DNA from: an uncultured virus (IMG/VR IMGVR_UViG_3300022198_000012)
Lineage: Duplodnaviria > Heunggongvirae > Uroviricota > Caudoviricetes
DNA length: 64,000 nt
Direction: 5' to 3' (one strand)
Virus record (IMG/VR): IMGVR_UViG_3300022198_000012
Location: 1-64,000 of that record
A program made the position numbers and the translations under genes. The notes below the pieces were generated by a model. It was not told the DNA's origin. It was given only the letters and a program-made list of their open reading frames with translations, and did no database searches. This document shows, one piece after another, positions 12,601 through 26,058 of this stretch (position 1 is its first letter; every line of letters begins with the position of its first letter).

Positions 12601-15600
12601 CGTCTATAAAGTTTTTTCTAGCAAACTCTATTGCAAGAGATTCTTGTCCAGTAATTTCATTTCCAAACAATATGGAAAATTCATCTCTTGCTGAGTCGTT
12701 GCTTTCGAAAAACTTTTTGAATACATTATTAGTTGAAGAATCATTGATAAACAAATTTTTTATAAAATCAGGAAATTCTTCATCGTTATTTGGATCTAAA
12801 GAATATGTTTCGGAAAATATTGCTTGAACAGAATCATATGTATGATAGCCTATTCTAAATTGATTCCATATCCCCTCCGCTTCGTCTATTGTTCTACCAT
12901 TGCCAGCTATGACGGACATATTTAAATCGTAGTCTTCATCGTAGTATTTTCTAGCCTCAATAGATGTTGAATCAGCTATGCTAAAAACTGGAGCAAAATA
13001 AGTATTACCCGTTCCAGCTATGTTGTCTCCTGTTTGAGCGCCAGACGTATTTAATAAATCTAAACCAATCTGCTTACTTACTGGATCTTCAAAAATACTA
13101 TTATTACTTGACACTGGCTCGGCGGACAAATATCTTTGAAAATATGTTCTATAATTTCCGCCATATTTAGGATCTATTTCAATTAACTTATTGACTGGAG
13201 TGTATTCACTTATACTTGTTTTCTCTAATTGAAGCTCTGGTCTTGTTCTATAAATAGAATCATTAAAGTCAGTAAGTTCAGCTTGTAAATTTTCTTCAGA
13301 TTCAAAATTTCCAAAACCTATAACAAAATCATCTAATTCTTTTCCAAGACTATCTTTTGCTCTAAACTTTTTAATCGGAACAAACATACTAGTTGCAACG
13401 CCTAGGGGAACAGTGTTTGGAACAAAAGCAAAATGGCAATCTTGTGGAACCGGCATGTCGTTGTAGCCTGCGCCAAAATCTTTTCCAGTTGATGTGGTGC
13501 GAAGATTATTCTCACTGGTTAAAATTCCAAGAAAGAAAGCTGCGTCAGGAGATACTACTGCTGATATTTCCATATCTGCAAATTCTGGAGTGGTGCTGGG
13601 CGAATCGGCGTCATATCCAAAAGTTCCAAAAAGTAATTCTCCAGCTAAGTCTAAAGAGTCTTCGATAAATCCATCTGCGTTTGAAGTATCTGCAAGTTGT
13701 CTAAATACTTTACTTTTTTCCTCTCCCCATAAAAAATAAGCTGGCTTACAAACAACTGCAATATTATTTCTGGAATTATATATTAAGACATGAGAATTCT
13801 TATAGTCTTTTACTTGCCCTGCTAATTCATTTTTTGCTATTTTTCCAGCAAAGTATTTCGACCAAAATTTATCAATTTCTTCTGATGATGCGGATGGCAA
13901 ATATGGCCATCTCATGGCAACATAAAACTGTTCATCTATTGGATTTTCTGGAGCTGTCCATTCAGAAAAATTAACAACATCACCTTTTTCTGGTAGCGGC
14001 ATTTCTATCTGTGTTTCCATACTTTCTATTTTTGCATTCGAAAAACTATAAGAATTTTCAAGTGGATTTGCTGCGCTTAATCCTGAATAATTTCTTGTCT
14101 CAAATGTTTCTACGTCTGCTCGAAGCTGCTCTGCAAATTCAATTCCATATACTTGTTGAATTGCAGAAGTGTAAGCCGCTCTTCTATCTGTGGCTTCTGT
14201 TGTCCTAACATTAACATCATCATAATTAATTAGACCTTTTCCGTACGCCTAATTCATCTTTTATTTTTGAAAAGAACGATAGACTATAAGATATTTGATT
14301 AAACTGAAATGGATAATCTTCTAGTCTGTATTTAGACTGTATTCCCTTATAGGCAAAGAGTGGATACCTAAATCTAGACGGAAGTTGAGGTATTTGTACA
14401 TGATTTGTTTCAGCGTTCTGCTTTGATTTTACTGGCAAGTGGAATCCTATTGTTACCATGCCTCTATTTTTGGGAAGTCTAGCTACAACTTTTCCAGGTC
14501 TTTTTGTAACTGGATCTAAATCAATTATTGTTTGAGATTTAATTGAATCAAAATTAATTACTTTACCCTTTAAAGCGCCAGAGGCTTGATAATAAGATTG
14601 GGACTTTTGTTGCAATACAGCTATTTCTTGCAATGCCTCTATAGGATCTTTACTTCTAATAAATGCGTTTGCGTCAGCGTAAGGGCTTACTTGCTGATTT
14701 ATGTGAGACATTATTTCTGCAAGTCCGTAGTCAGGATCTATTATTTTTGGACCGCCGGAAAGACCAAGCTCTAACATCTTTGATTGATTTGGATGCCCAG
14801 TTGTTATTGGCACTAAGCCAGAAGTATATAGCCAATGTGGTTTACCGTAAAATACTGTTGATCTATCTTCAAATGGCCTTACTGCAACTATGTAATTTGG
14901 AAGTAGTCTTGCACACGTCTTAAATAGATCCCAAACTGTCCTCATATAGGTTTGAGCTCTAAAAGAGACCTCATCAAATCCCGGCATATCGTCGTCATCG
15001 TTTGCCGATAGCAGGCCGACCATTCTCATGATATTATTTCCACCTCTACCGCTAAGCACGCCGAGCAGTCCGACCGTAGACGCTACGCCAATAGCAGGAG
15101 CTCCCGCGACTGCCGCTATACCTAAACCTGCAGCGGTTACTGAACTATTTAGTCCGACTTTGGTTGCGGTTGCACTCTGGCTAGCTATAAGCGAGCCTCC
15201 AGAAGTCATATTTTCGACCGCAATTTTTGCGTCTACTCCACTTTCTTGGCCATATTTTGATAACAAAGAATTCCAAGTTCTATCCGTTAATCTAGATAAA
15301 TAGTCTATTCTGTCATTTGGTTGTGATTCTGGAGTTATTGAGGAGACACTTGTCCATCCATCTCCTAAGTCGCCACCCAAAAATTGAGCTATTCCAGTTC
15401 CATTTCCTGGATATATATTTCTCTTAAATACTTCAAGATCTCTTTGGCTTGAAAAATTCGACCAAAGCTGATTCATTAAACCAAAAACTCCGTCTCTATA
15501 TTCTGGAGTGCCTGTAATAAAGGCGTCTGATAATTGACCAGCTGCGGATCCAATGTTTCCATTCCCAACCAGATTGTAGGCTTCTGCAATTGCGTCAACT

Positions 15601-18600
15601 CTTGAGAAGTGTTTAATCTCTTCTTCTGTGGAAAGTGGCTCATAAATCATTGAACCAAAATGTCTTATTCCAAATTTATTTTCAGAAAATACTAATCCCC
15701 TATTTGCATAGGCCACTGCTTCTCTGAATCTAGAGGTTCCCATTGAAAGAAGTCTTACCATTAAATCTCTTGGTTCTGATAGCCAAAGACCAGTATTTAT
15801 TCCTCCATCAATCTTTCCGCTGTCACCCTTTTTGTTAGTGGAATTAACCACTGCGCCTAACTCTATTGCATCTGACTGGGCTGTTACAGTGACAATTTCT
15901 CCTTGCTCTACCTCAGTTATAGTTCCATTGAATAGCGTCTGAAGAGAATTTGGATTTGCTCCATAACCACCCCTCAGATGGACTCTTACTCCAGGTTTTA
16001 ATCTTATATTCTCAATGTCTACAACGTATTCGTTTTGCATGTGGGCAAGTATATTCCTTGCCTTATTTAATGTAACGTCAATGACTGCGGATAATCCCTC
16101 TGTTAGACCTGGATTATCTTGAACTCTTTCATCTCCATATTGATCTAAATTGGGATTAAATATTGAACTTGCTTCTTTTCTTGAAAGCTTTGAATAAAGA
16201 TTTGATAGTCTAAAAACAAGAGTGTCTCCAACTAAATCCTCAGAAGAAACTATTGAGAAGTCTATAATAGATTGAAGACCATAAAAATTGTCAAATAATT
16301 TTACGCCCGCTGTCATTCCACCCTCGTCTATTAGCCATAGCATGTAGGTGGGAAACGCTCTGAGCATTCTTCCTGAGATGTCTCTATACTGAGTATCTAC
16401 TAGGGTTTTCTCCCAGTGCTCTTCAAGACTACCAGAATACGGCTTTCCATATTCAGACATTGGCGTCAATGCGTATACTGAGCTCTTTGTATTAACCTTA
16501 GATGGATCCGAATGATCGTCTGTTATGTTTCTTCCTGTTAAAATATTACCTTTGTCTGTTTTTCTAACATTTCTACCATCTATTGTTAAATAAAATCTTC
16601 CATCTTTTTCTGTATCTGTATAGCCAAGGTAAACTTGTGACCCTATGGTCATCATTGTTGGAATTTTTGTTGGCTCATCTTGATCTATTATTGGAAAAGT
16701 TTGCATGTTTGCTACGAAGTCTAGGTCGTCTAAACTGAAGCTAACCTCATCTTCTTCTTTTAGGCTATATTTTCCATCTAGAGCAGCTTGAATTTGGGCG
16801 AGAAGTTTTTGATTAGAGTAGTCAAGATCTCCAACCTGATAAGGGGCAGAGCTAACAGCATTAGAGAAAGACGCTTGCGTATCATCTAGTTGTTCGCTAG
16901 CATCATATTCAATTGCATCGGTTATAAGTTTCTTATTCTTTTTGACTAATGTAAAAATAGACAAATCATTACTACTAGATCTTTCAACTAGATTTGGGTT
17001 AGTTATATATGCGTTGAAGAACGCAAGAAATGATTCATAACTTATTTGATTTATTTGTAGATAGGTAATTACTTCATTAACCAAATCTTTTTCAATCTGG
17101 ACTTTATCGCCCGCATAGTCTGCATAGTTGTAATTATTTGAATATGTTCTAATTAAATCTGTTATCTTTTGGCCCACTGGATGACTAACTAGGTCTATCG
17201 TTTGTTTGCCAATTCCTTGATTATTTCCCGGAAGGGCCAGTTGCTTTGGCCTATATTGAATATTATTTATTACATCTTTATCAAACATTTCAAAGCTTCT
17301 AAAATAAAAGTCAGGATCCAAATGACCAACTACTTCATTCTTTGCATCTTTTACTTCTAGAGGAAAATCTGGATAAGCGTTAAATATCCCCCACATTTGC
17401 TTTATTCTAAAGAATGGATTTCTCTTTGATCCAAACTCCTCTATTAATTGACGCTGCTGCTTAGACGAAAGTTTTTCTCTAGCTTGCTGGAATATATCAA
17501 AATCTAACAAAGAAATATTTACATCGTAAACATGCGGATAGTTAGGAACTGTATTTACCGAGTAATTGGATGGCAATACATATTTAACGCCAGAAAGTGC
17601 TGTGATAACATTTTTAATTCCTATGAACCCAAGAACTCCAGTGGAATGCTCTAGTCTAGATAGTGCATTCACATGATCAAAAATTCTTTTTATTTTATTA
17701 AGTTCTGATTCTCCTGTAATTCTCATTGAGATATTTATATAAGTATCTCTTCCCCCTATATGTTGATAGGTTGGTTCGTCTTGCATTTGAAGCTGCAGTT
17801 TTGCGAGATTGTTTCCAAGTGTGACACTGACCCCAGTGACAACTACTGAAGATGGATCTAGATCTATTTTAATCATAGGGACTTCCCATTCCCTAAAGGA
17901 GAAAGATCCACTTCTTTGTCTTGCGGCCTCCATCAAAGCTTCTATTGGAGCTGACTTAAAAAACCTTTCGTAAACGAGAATATTAAATCCATCTTTAACT
18001 TCTTGCTTAACTCTTTCTTTTAAGTCGTTATATTGTTTTGAATCTTTTTTATAGCCAAGTTTCTTTGCTTTTTCTTCTACTATCGCATCAACTTGCGAAT
18101 CAATTATTGAGGTTGTATTCGTGGAAATCTTTTTAAGAAATTGTTTTGCTTGAGAAAGGGTTATTCCATCTTCGCCACCTAAATCTTTAGATTGAAATTT
18201 ATAATTTTTTGGAATAGATCCTGGAGCATTTGTTGAATCAAAATTTCTTATATATTCTGCTTCAGAACCACCTAAGTTATTTTCCTGTACAAATATCGTT
18301 GCAACATATGAATAAATTGATCTTTGAGAAGTTTTATCGCTTAAACCAGCCGTTAACAGATCTAGTGCATTTTTTAAGTGATAATAAACGCTTGGACTTA
18401 CCGTTGAATTTCTTGATAATTGATATACTCCACTTAATTGGATTCCATATCCAGCTGATTCATTTAGGTCTATTCCAAAACTATTAAGAAGTTTTGCCCA
18501 GAAATCTTCTCCGGAGTCTTTTAGTAGTTTTTCTTCATCTGTTCTAAAAGATGTTGAATCTGGTAAAAATATTTTTGTCTGTGTTTCAGCTGGAATATAA

Positions 18601-20759
18601 AATGATATATTTTTTCCATCTGTCCATTCACTAATGATATTTGTAATAAATTTTTCATCTCTATATACGCTGTCGGTTACTATTGATGCTCCATACGGAG
18701 TGACTTTATATTCTACTTCTTTTGTTCCCGGTTTTTCTTTGTCGTTAGATGTCTTCATTAAGAAAGAACCATTAACGTAATTGTGTAACGCACCCGCTGC
18801 CTTACCCATATATTGCCTGTATTTACCCCAATGTATTGCTTGGTTAAAGTCATTAATCATTGGCAGGAAGGGTTTATGATTAAAGTTTAAAAGCTCTATA
18901 TCTACAGCCAGAGCAAACGGAAAGTTAGGCACTGTGGATATAGACATGCTAGAAAGAGCAACTGCAGTTATTCCATGAATTCTATTTAAATAATCATTTC
19001 TTATTGGCAAAAACGGCGAATATTTAAATGCAGCTATTAAACCTCTAAGCGAAGAAAGAAACTTATCTATTTTTTGATTACTTGATCCATCAGAACCAAA
19101 GTCGATTTGAAAATTATCATTCAAAGTTATTTTAGAGGCGTCGTCAATTGATATTCCCCAAATTTCTTCATAGTTTGGAAAGAACAACTTAATTCTAATA
19201 GAAGTTTCTTTGTAGCCTGAATTAAATTTTGGACTACTTTTTTGCCTCAATGCACCACCGGTCAAGCTGCCTGTTTTGAAAAACGTGTTAATGTCTATTG
19301 TCAACGGTGGAACGTAAAAATTTGAAGCGCCCAAACGAAGATGGAATATATCTGGAGAAGTAGGCTGAATATTAGCCCTATAAGGAGAAGCGTCTAACGC
19401 CGCTTTCATTTTTTTAGCTGTGTTTTCGTAATTAGCTGCTAATTGAAATATAGATCCAGTGATGTCTTTTCCATTAAAGTCTACGGTTCTGCCAAATGCT
19501 TTTTCTAAAGATTTAATAAAATCTTGTAAGCTGTTTACTGTATCTTCTTCTCCGCCACCCCTGCCACCGTTTGAATAGTCTACAGTTACTGCTATGGATT
19601 CAAAAAAGAAACTAACTAAACTTGGAAAATACGCATTAACTATGCCAAGGGTTATCGGATCTCTAGATAAATATTGAACTGCTTCATTCAATTGGGATAG
19701 CCACGGCAAGTCTCTTACTGGATCTTGTGAGTCCAATGGAGATCTCTTGAGTTGCTCTACCGAAGAAAGTCTTTGACGGGCAAATTCCGATATTGAGCCC
19801 GCATACGACGCCAATCTCAGTAGGCCGCTTTGCTCAATTTTACTAAACAAAGAATTTAATGCAACACTATTGAGCGTAGAAGCTCTTTCTATTTCAGCTC
19901 CTCTAAAAGTTCCCGAAAAAAAATTCTTTTTTGTTTCAGAGATTAGATTAATATTTGATTCTAAAAATGCTTTCTGAATTAATCCACTATAAATTGATTC
20001 TACTTGACTATTATTGTCATTATTTTTATTGATTGCTGCCCTAATGAAATCACCTAAAGCAGTGCTCTCTTCGACTAAATAAGAGGTTGGTTCCCATTCG
20101 TATTCTTCTGTTAAAAACGCCTTTTCAAGTTCGATTAAAAATTGTTCATCAGTTCTATTTGCTCTTCCTTCTTTTGCTTTTATCCAATTGTTTACTCGGG
20201 TAGCCATTGCGTATTTGACTATTAGAGCTATAGATGTAGCTTCTCCTGCACTTGGGAATTTTTTGTATGTTCTTCCACTTGCGTTTGTTTCGTAGAACGC
20301 ATCATATTTATAGAAATAAGTATCATAAAAATGTTTTCTTATTTCACTTGGAGTATTTAGTGCCGCTTCTTTATGTAAATTCTTGTAGTATCTCTGTACA
20401 CTCTCACTTATATCTATATCAAAATTATGTTTTCCATCTGCTAGTATAAATTCATTTACACAAGCGTTAAGTGTGCCGATTAGAAAATCGTCATCAGGAT
20501 CAAAGGTAAATATTTTTTTAGGAGAATCTGATAACGCAAATTCGAGAAGATCTCTTTCCTCTCCTTTTGTTCCAAGTCTAGTTGAGAACTGTCCGCTATT
20601 TAGGAAGCTTTCAAAATCATCTAAAGTCCTATTGCTGATAATTAGTTTAAATGGGCCACTCAAAAAAGCTTGTACGCCTATTATTTCTTTGACGCCATTT
20701 TGCGTTTGAGAATATAAAGAATTTAAGTAGTTTATTGTTGTTAAACTTATATTCGACAT
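9613..20759 (-). CDS. Giant baseplate hub/tail protein, about 3714 aa after two +1 shifts (14240-14243, 11170-11173), with a C-terminal SNase-like domain
   Basis: Joins ORFs 14226-20759, 11162-14020 and 9613-11115; both gaps are stop-free in the +1 frame by hand translation. Hub-like features: GVRVHLRGGYG, FNGTITEV and G-x-x-IRPHD...VEQVIHHF. Confidence 0.7.
11170..11173 (-). other. Putative +1 recoding site 3 (ATG CGG A)
   Basis: CGG AGG ACT TAA in frame 0; +1 reads GGLKFTHGASALVKDVVAS into MTYDSF. Confidence 0.75.
14240..14243 (-). other. Putative +1 recoding site 4 (GTA CGG A)
   Basis: CGG AAA AGG TCT AAT TAA in frame 0; +1 reads GKGLINYDDVNVRTTE... for about 73 codons into METQIEM. Confidence 0.75.
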
Positions 20760-20762
20760 ATT

Positions 20763-21212
20763 TTACACTAGGTTGTTTCTTTTGTTAATTTCTTTTATTC
20801 TTTCAGAAGAAGAACTGCTTTCGCCAATTCTAGCATTGTTATTCATTATACTAGATCTACCTGGTTTTGTAAATGATAATGAACTTGCAGCTCCGGCGTG
20901 ACTAGCCGTTGCTTTATTGTATCTTGCTTTTTGTACGCTTGGATTTAAATATCCAGAATTATTCATTTGTATGTGGGTTGCCGCACCGTGCATGTACCCC
21001 TCAAAGGAGCCTTTTACTGGATCTGATTTTGTGGGTCTTTGTGAGTGGCTGACTGATTTTGGACCAGACTCGTCAGCTCCTACTGAAGTATTTTTACTTG
21101 ATGCAATAGCAGCTGCATACTTATTTGATGTTTCGGTTCTTGGAGATGTATCTACCCTTTTTGAGGCGGCATCTTTTAGATTTTTATTTTGTGTGTCTGC
21201 ACCAAAAATCAT
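20763..21212 (-). CDS. Hypothetical protein (Ser/Ala/Lys-rich)
   Basis: 149 aa ORF tightly packed between tail genes. Confidence 0.6.
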   Translation of the reverse strand: MIFGADTQNKNLKDAASKRVDTSPRTETSNKYAAAIASSKNTSVGADESGPKSVSHSQRPTKSDPVKGSFEGYMHGAATHIQMNNSGYLNPSVQKARYNKATASHAGAASSLSFTKPGRSSIMNNNARIGESSSSSERIKEINKRNNLV

Positions 21213-21224
21213 AATAAACTAACC

Positions 21225-24200
21225 TTAAAACGAGCTTGCAAGCTGCTGATATGGATCTCTACCAACTTCTGGGATCCCTGAATATATAGTAGTATCCATA
21301 TCAAAGTTTCCTAATCCGATAGCCATGTCTTCAAAGTTTCTGACCGCTCCCCTATTTCCATATAGATTAACTTTATAGCTCATTCCAGGGTTATATGAAA
21401 TCGTTCCTAATTGAGGGATTTCTGGAGCTCTTTGAGGATATTGGCTTTCATAGGCGGATCCTCCAGGCAGTAGTGGAGGCCCTTTTATTGAATCTTCTGT
21501 TCTATCTTTAAATCCTTGATACGCAAAGCTGGCCGCTATTAGGGCAGTGGCGCCGTATATAGAATTTCTAAACAATTTGTTTTCAGAAAATAGTTCTTTT
21601 AATCTTCCTGATTTAATATAATCAGAAAATCTAGTAAATTTTGTTTTAGTAAACGCAGAATAATCCTCGCCATCCAAAGCTAAATCTAATCCCTCCCTGA
21701 AACTTTTGCCAGTTGTCGTGTCTCCAGAATAAGCTGCTTGACCCAGCGCTATATCTGATTGGTAGACTTGTTCAGCTATTTGAGATCTAGCTATTCCTGC
21801 CTCTCTATTTATCTGCCTTACTCTTTCCGCATCAAGTTCAAGATCACGTCCGGCCATAACTGAAGCTATATTTCTAACCTCTTCACTTAGTCCTGTTGTA
21901 TCATCTATCATTTGTTTTAAAACTTTTTTACTGATTCTTTCTTCATTAATCACATCTCCTTCATCTAAGAGCCTACGAACTTCAGCGTCTCTTCTTAGCC
22001 CATACTCTGAAACTGCTTGTGTGACATTTGAGGATACTTGAGATGAAAAAAATTGAGCTTGTCTACTGACTGTTGCCGCTCCAATCATGCTTAAGAAAGT
22101 TTTTTCACTGCCTTCTTCTGGCATATACAGTAGCCTGGATATGTCAAATCTTCTTCCTCTTCCGGATCTCATTTCAGCGGAAACTTTTTCTACTGCGTTT
22201 ATCATTTCCGTCAAGCTAACACCTGTCGCTTTTGAGGCGTCTTTTATCTCATTTTCAACAATTCTACCTAGTCTAAGTTTTTGCGCTTTATTGTTATATG
22301 TATCTATATTTTCTAATTTAGATAAGTCTACAGACATCAATTCATTAAATTCTTCAACGTTTCTTCTAACTATATATTCGGCGGCTTTTCTTGCATTGTC
22401 CGAAACTTGAAGCGAAGAAAGTGCTGCGTCTTCAGTTATGCCTGCTAAAGACAGTCTTCTCATTATATCAAATTCTGCTTGTACTCTGGCAGCAGTTGCA
22501 TTCACTTTTGCAAGGGACGCATACTTGTGTTTTTCATTTAGCCCAAATATTTGCAACACAGTATTTCTTTGAACATCGTAATCTTGCCCCATAGAATCAA
22601 GAGTTTTCTTTAATTTTGTAATTTCCTCACCCTCGAGGCTGCCCGCTGCAATTGTGTCATTTATGCCTTGTTTAATTCCTTTTATAAATCTTTCTACATC
22701 TTGCGACGATAGTCTATCTTCTAATAAAATTTCATCAATTCCTAAAAATAAATCTTCAGAAAACTTTCCTGCATATTTACTTGATCTAACTATTGCAGCC
22801 CCTGACCCAATTCTCATTCCAAGTCTTTCTATAGCGGTTTCTCCAACAAGATCCAGGGTCACATTTGCGGCGTCTCCATATCCCAGAGCTTTTAACGCGG
22901 CTTTTTGTGCTGCGGCAACATTTGTTACTCCACCTTCCAGTAAGCTAGATATTCTATTTAATTGATCTCTTACTGGAGCAAGGGCAAATTTATTTGATCC
23001 AAAGTTAATTGTACTGTCAATTGCTTCTTCTGAGCTTAAAAGACCAATTCCATATTTCATGAATTGTTTTAATTCGCCACTTCCTCCACCTATTTTCATT
23101 AACTCAGCAAGAAAACCATCCAACTGCTTAAGGCTAGATCCAACAACCATTGATCTGTTTACATAAACTCCAAGAAAGTTTCCATCTGCTCCGGCAGAGC
23201 TGAGCATTTTGTTAAAAATGGAATGAGACGCAAAAGCATTTAGTGCTTTGTTGTCTGAATTGTCTTTAATAAAATCTACAAACGCGTTGTTTCTTGCTTC
23301 TCCATCTGTCATATTCAGTATTTCTTTAATTCTACTAGACATAGAAGGACCCAAGGTTGATTTATGTTGATCCAATATGCTTAGAGCTTCATCAGATATT
23401 GGAGCGACATCAAACGCTCCTTCTTCTTTAAATAACTTATAGATTTCGCTTCTCTTATATAAATCTGTGTTTCTTAAAGCTGAAGCTCCACTTGTTGCTA
23501 TATCTTGAAGTGTTTGAGATGTAGCCTTTTTGATTGTTCGACCAGAAGCTTCGTAGACTTTAAAAATCAAATTTTCTACATACTCTTCTGTAATTTGATT
23601 TGTTTTTTTAGCGCCTATATCGGATAGATATTCGTTTAAACCCTTTTTCCCATATGCTCCTCGAAGACCTTCTGGAACTTTTCCGGATATTAGTGCACGA
23701 AGAACTTCTGCTTCATGTCTGTTTATTTTTCCAGATTTAGTGTCTATTATTTCTTCAAGTTGTGCCATAAATTTTTCATTTTGACCAAATATTGATCTTA
23801 TTGTTTCTAAATCGTCTAATCTTGCTCTGCCATATATGACTTCGTCTACACCAGAAGGCTGTCTTGTTATTCCAAATAGAAGTTTTTGCTTTCCACCTTC
23901 ACCCATAAAAGACTCTAACTTAAACAATCCTTTATCGTCTAAGTCAAAACCACCAAGAGCATTGAAAAACTCTGGAATCATTCCAGGTCCAAATAACATC
24001 TTGTGTCCACTGACTCTAAATTTTAATAAATCAGCTGTTACTTCAGTGTCATCTGCTAATTTAAATATTGTTTTTTCTATTCCATTTACTGTTCTATTTC
24101 CTTTATTTCCACCCGGTAAACCTTCAAGAACTTCCGAGGCTAGCGCATATCTTTGAACTCCTGGAACTACTGGGTAGTATCTTTCTACTCCAGCTGAAGA

Positions 24201-26058
24201 CATTCTCATCGTAAAAGCCTCTGATGCAAACACATTCGCAAGCAGGTTCATCATTTCTGGAGAGCTTTTTGGGCCTATTCCCGATTGATGAAGTTCAAAT
24301 ATTCTTCTTATGAAATCTCTGTTTCTATCTTTTGACAATCTTATTGAAGCTGGTAAATTTGAAGAATCTTCTAACAACGTTTGTTGCATCATTGTTCGAA
24401 CTTTTTCTGGGATAGTGTTGGTTTCTATTGCGTTTTTAAAGTCTTGCATGACTTCAGCTGAATACTGAGTCATTTTTTCTATATCTTCTGGAGAAGAATA
24501 AAGATCTGGATGAAAAGCTACAGTTACTGGATCTGCGTAGACTTGAGATTTTGGAATACCAAACCCACTCATTTGTATAAATTCTAAACCTTTAGCTAAA
24601 CCAATTTCCGATTTTTTTCCAGATGCGCCTATTATTTGATATATATTTTCAAAACCTTTTCCAAGATCTCTTATGTCATAAGCTACTTTTATTAATCCAT
24701 CATCAGTAAATCCTCTACCAGTTACTTGATATAAGTTTTCAGCGTCTTGAACCATACTAAGTTGCTCTGTTAGTTCTAGCAATCTTACTTGTGCGTTTTG
24801 TTGTTCAATCTTACTTAGCGTTCCAGAATTAATACTTTCTCTAAGATTTTTTACGTTTTGTCTCATTTCCCTTTTTGCATATTCAAAGTATTTTCTGTTA
24901 AAAATAGCGTTACCATCAAATTCTAGTTCGGCGTCTTTCATGAATTTACTAAACATTTGTTTTTCTAATTCAGTTGCCCCAGACTTATCTATTGCCTGAA
25001 TTAATTCTTTATTGGTTCTTGACTTTTGTATTAAGTCCTTAATTTCTTTTCTTTTAAGGAACTTTGCAATAAAAGATTCTGGATCACCTATTATTGCTCT
25101 TTGAGATGAATCTAAAGATTCAAATTGCCTTCTAAATGAAGATTCAACAACTTCTTTTGTAAGATCTTTTTTTAGGACTTTCATTTCAAGTCTATTTTGA
25201 CTGCCTACATTCAAATATTTTTGAAGAAAATGTAAACCTTCTTCTATTACTAATTCTTCTGGAGCTCCCTTAAGCTTAAATTCCTTAGCTGCTCCGAAGT
25301 AATGTATCCATAGTTATGGTCAGATCTCTATCTCCAACTATACCTCTAACTCTTTTTCCAAGCTTAGACATATAATCTTCTATAAGTCCCCCACCAGCTA
25401 AGGTGCTCATTAATTTTTTATTATCCAATAATGGGTTTCCTGCTGCCGCTAGCATAAAATACGTTTGTGCTTCTGTTAGTATTTTTTCTCCTACCCTAAA
25501 TTGCATAAGAGTAGCGCCATCTTTGTCTATTATTGGAATAAAACCTTGACCTGATTCTCTCAATCTTTGAAAGAAATCAATTGGCCTTACTCCTCTTTGA
25601 TTTTTTATTGTAGCTAAATTTACACTTAACTCTTCTCCAGATAGAGTTGCTTGTGAGATTCCCATTGATTCTAGTTGTTTTAGTGTTGCAGTATCCGTTA
25701 TACCTCTTAGGTTTTTTTGAATATTTAGAAGAATATCTCCAATGGCAGCATTTTGAGTTGGATTATTGTTAAGTATGTTTCCGGTAGAATTTGATCTTCC
25801 AAGATTTAAAATTGATCCAGATACTGGCTTAATGCTTGCAAACTGAGTAAACATCATAGTGCTTGCTGCAGTAAATGCCTCTTCTACCGTTTGCTTTACT
25901 TCTCCAGTAGCATTAATAATGAATTCTACTGCTTGAGTTTTCGGATTAAGCTCAACTCTTACTACGTTATTTCTTCCGCCAAATGCTGTTGACCTAAGGG
26001 CGTACTGTGCGGCAAGAAGTCTTTCTTCCGGTTTTTTAAAAAAGTCTAGTATGCCCAC
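21225..26058 (-). CDS. Large helical tape-measure-like or internal virion protein, about 1610 aa after +1 shift at 25293-25296
   Basis: Joins ORFs 25285-26058 (GTG start overlapping the upstream TAG, AGGAG RBS) and 21225-25214; hydrophobic segment near the C-terminus. Confidence 0.65.
25293..25296 (-). other. Putative +1 recoding site 5 (CTT CGG A)
   Basis: CGG AGC AGC TAA in frame 0; +1 reads GAAKEFKLKGAPEELVIEEGLHFLQKYL into NVGSQNR. Confidence 0.75.

Noticed and set aside
14021..14225. Intron, intein or ncRNA in the gaps between the split ORFs
   Set aside because: The gaps are fully open and protein-like in the +1 frame, and I saw no splicing or homing-endonuclease signatures.
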